DNA from: an uncultured Trueperaceae bacterium
GTDB lineage: Bacteria; Deinococcota; Deinococci; Deinococcales; Trueperaceae
Assembly: GCA_963815215.1 (NCBI GenBank)
Contig: CAWFFU010000003.1
Span: forward strand, 544,001 to 608,000
Reading direction: 5' to 3'
Length of the DNA stretch: 64,000 nt
The position numbers and the translations under genes were made by a program. Positions 62,285-64,000 of this stretch are shown here, one piece after another. The notes beneath the pieces were generated by a model. The model was not told where the DNA came from, did not search any database, and saw only the letters and a program-made list of their open reading frames with translations. The stretch's first letter is position 1; each line of letters opens with the position of its first letter.

Positions 62285-62767
62285 TCACAGCACTCGCGGA
62301 ATCCCCACCACGGCCATCGCGATCACGATCAAGATCTTCGCGACCGTTCCCCCGAGCGCACCCACGAAGGCGCCGACACCGGCCCGCAGCGCTTCGTCGA
62401 ACGGGCGCCCGCCGATCAGCTCGAAGAGCACGGCTCCGACCAGGGCGCCCAGCAGGAAACCGAACGGTGGGAAGAAGATGAGCCCCACCAACGAGCCCAG
62501 CACCCCGCCCCACAGTCCGGCGCGGCGGGCGCCGTAGACACGGGCGCCCACCCAGTTGCCGGCCAGATCGATGAGCTGCGCCAGCACCGCAAGCCCGATG
62601 ATGAAGGCGAGCGGCGCCACACCGAAGTGCTCGAATCCCACCATCCACGCCGCGAGTACGGCTCCGGCCGCGGCGATCGGCACCCCCGGCAGGACCGGAG
62701 CTACCACACCCACCAGCCCGACCGCCAGCCCGATCACCAGAACCGCCATCGCCAGGATCGTCACCAC
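62285..62767 (-). CDS. DUF456-like membrane protein
   Basis: 'PVLPG', Gly-rich hydrophobic helices, 'GARVYGA', 'PPFGFLLG', 'FEL'. Confidence 0.75.
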   Translation of the reverse strand: MVTILAMAVLVIGLAVGLVGVVAPVLPGVPIAAAGAVLAAWMVGFEHFGVAPLAFIIGLAVLAQLIDLAGNWVGARVYGARRAGLWGGVLGSLVGLIFFPPFGFLLGALVGAVLFELIGGRPFDEALRAGVGAFVGALGGTVAKILIVIAMAVVGIPRVL

Positions 62768-62810
62768 GCCATGCTACACGGCGTTCGGCCAGTGGGGCGG
62801 CAGTTGCCGC

Positions 62811-63311
62811 TCAGTTGTGCCAGGTCCCGGGCGCGCTCCGTTGCTCACCGAGGATGGTGTCGATGGCGTGAGGCAATACGCCGATCACGGCCTCGAGGGA
62901 TTCTCGCGCGGCGCGGGGGCTGCCCGGCAGGTTGACCACCAGCGTCCGCCGGCGGATGCCCACCAGGCCGCGCGAGAGTGCCGCGTTCGGGTTCGAGGCG
63001 ACGCCGTGCGCCCGCATCAACTCGGCCAGGCCAGGCACCTCCCGCTCGATCACCTCGCGCGTGGCCTCCGGCGTGCGGTCGCGCAGGGCCAGGCCGGTCC
63101 CCCCGTTGGTCAGCACCAGGTCGACGGTGTCCTGATCGCACCACAATCGCAGCTTGGCGCGGATCATGGCTTGCTCGTCGGGAACCACCTGGTAATCGAC
63201 TTCGACGAATGGGCCCGCCTGCAGCAGGCGGCGGATCTCCTGGACCGAGGTGTCCTCGCGTTGGCCGGCGGCCCCACGGTCGCTCACGGTGAGTATGGCG
63301 GTGCGCACCAT
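62811..63311 (-). CDS. mog: MogA/MoaB molybdopterin adenylyltransferase
   Basis: 'ILTVSDR..REDTS', 'VVPDE', 'GGTG..RDRTPEAT', 'NLPGSP'. Confidence 0.93.
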   Translation of the reverse strand: MVRTAILTVSDRGAAGQREDTSVQEIRRLLQAGPFVEVDYQVVPDEQAMIRAKLRLWCDQDTVDLVLTNGGTGLALRDRTPEATREVIEREVPGLAELMRAHGVASNPNAALSRGLVGIRRRTLVVNLPGSPRAARESLEAVIGVLPHAIDTILGEQRSAPGTWHN

Positions 63312-63504
63312 GCGCGCATGCTAGCGCCTCCGCGCTCTCGCGACGTTGAAGGGTTCCACACCGGCCGGGCCGCGGCGCTCCGGGGTCGCCCGCTCGCGCA
63401 CGTCTTCGGCGACGGTCCACGGCCGCTTGGACACGGACAGGTCCGGGCGTTACCCTGGGACGGTTCGACACAGACGGTCGTGGTCCGACCGTGGGAGGTC
63501 CCCC

Positions 63505-64000
63505 TTGAAGATCCACGAGTATCAAGCCAAGCAGCTGATGAAAGCGCACGGGATCGCGGTGCCGATCGGACGTGTCGCGACCACGGTCGACGAGGCCGTA
63601 GCGGCGGTCCGGCCGGTGGTGGATGCCAGCGGCCACCCCGTCGTGGTCGTCAAGTCACAGATCCACGCCGGTGGCCGCGGCAAGGGGCGCTTCCAGGAGC
63701 ATCCCGATCTCGGCGGCGTCAACGTCGTCACCGACGGCCTGAAGGGCGGTGTCGAGGCTGCCGAGGCGAAGGTGCGCGCACTGGCCGAAGCTATGCTGGG
63801 CTCCACCCTGACGACCGTTCAGACCGGTCCCGACGGCAAGCAGGTCAACCGCCTCTACATCGAGCAGGGTATCGACATCGCGCGCGAGCTGTACGTGTCG
63901 GTGGTGCTCGATCGCGCCAGCGGCCGCAACATCGTCATGGCGTCGACCGAGGGCGGCGTGGAGATCGAGCAGGTCGCGGCCGAGACGCCCGAGAAGATCC
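63505..64000 (+). CDS. sucC: Succinyl-CoA synthetase beta subunit (runs off the window end)
   Basis: GGGAGG RBS and TTG start; translated by hand: '[43 protein letters not shown]'. Confidence 0.95.
   Translation, partial: MKIHEYQAKQLMKAHGIAVPIGRVATTVDEAVAAVRPVVDASGHPVVVVKSQIHAGGRGKGRFQEHPDLGGVNVVTDGLKGGVEAAEAKVRALAEAMLGSTLTTVQTGPDGKQVNRLYIEQGIDIARELYVSVVLDRASGRNIVMASTEGGVEIEQVAAETPEKI

Overview
A GC-rich bacterial chromosomal window, most likely from Deinococcota (Truepera/Thermus-like). This is inferred from a ComZ-like pilus-tip gene, a TilS-TadA fusion, the EF-Tu '[19 protein letters not shown]' insertion, a probable CTG start for rpsL and many leaderless genes. It is mostly core genome. 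In order it holds the 3' part of comZ, a convergent FimT/PilV/PilW/PilX-like minor-pilin quartet, a two-component pair, lepA, tilS-tadA and deoB. A continuous ~19 kb str-S10-spc-alpha ribosomal cluster follows on the minus strand (rpsL to rplQ). After that come an orphan lipoprotein, a 5'-nucleotidase, amylosucrase, purK/purE/sua5, glycerate kinase, aroH, an acyl-CoA dehydrogenase, dusA, ispH, a stand-alone tRNA-Ile(GAT), a PDZ protease, a DHH phosphoesterase and HMG-CoA lyase. The last part has recN, a cysteine-free family-4 UDG, dtd, an OmpR-type two-component system with a Met-rich spondin-domain gene, carA, an SPS-SPP fusion with a GH32-like gene, a frameshifted and shortened glmU, lgt, mog and the start of sucC. 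I saw no integrase, transposase, CRISPR array or rRNA. The most striking anomaly is tuf: by hand count only ~11 of 405 sense codons end in C and none in A, with sharp borders against normal C-rich neighbours. Gene calls come from recognising motifs, not from database searches.
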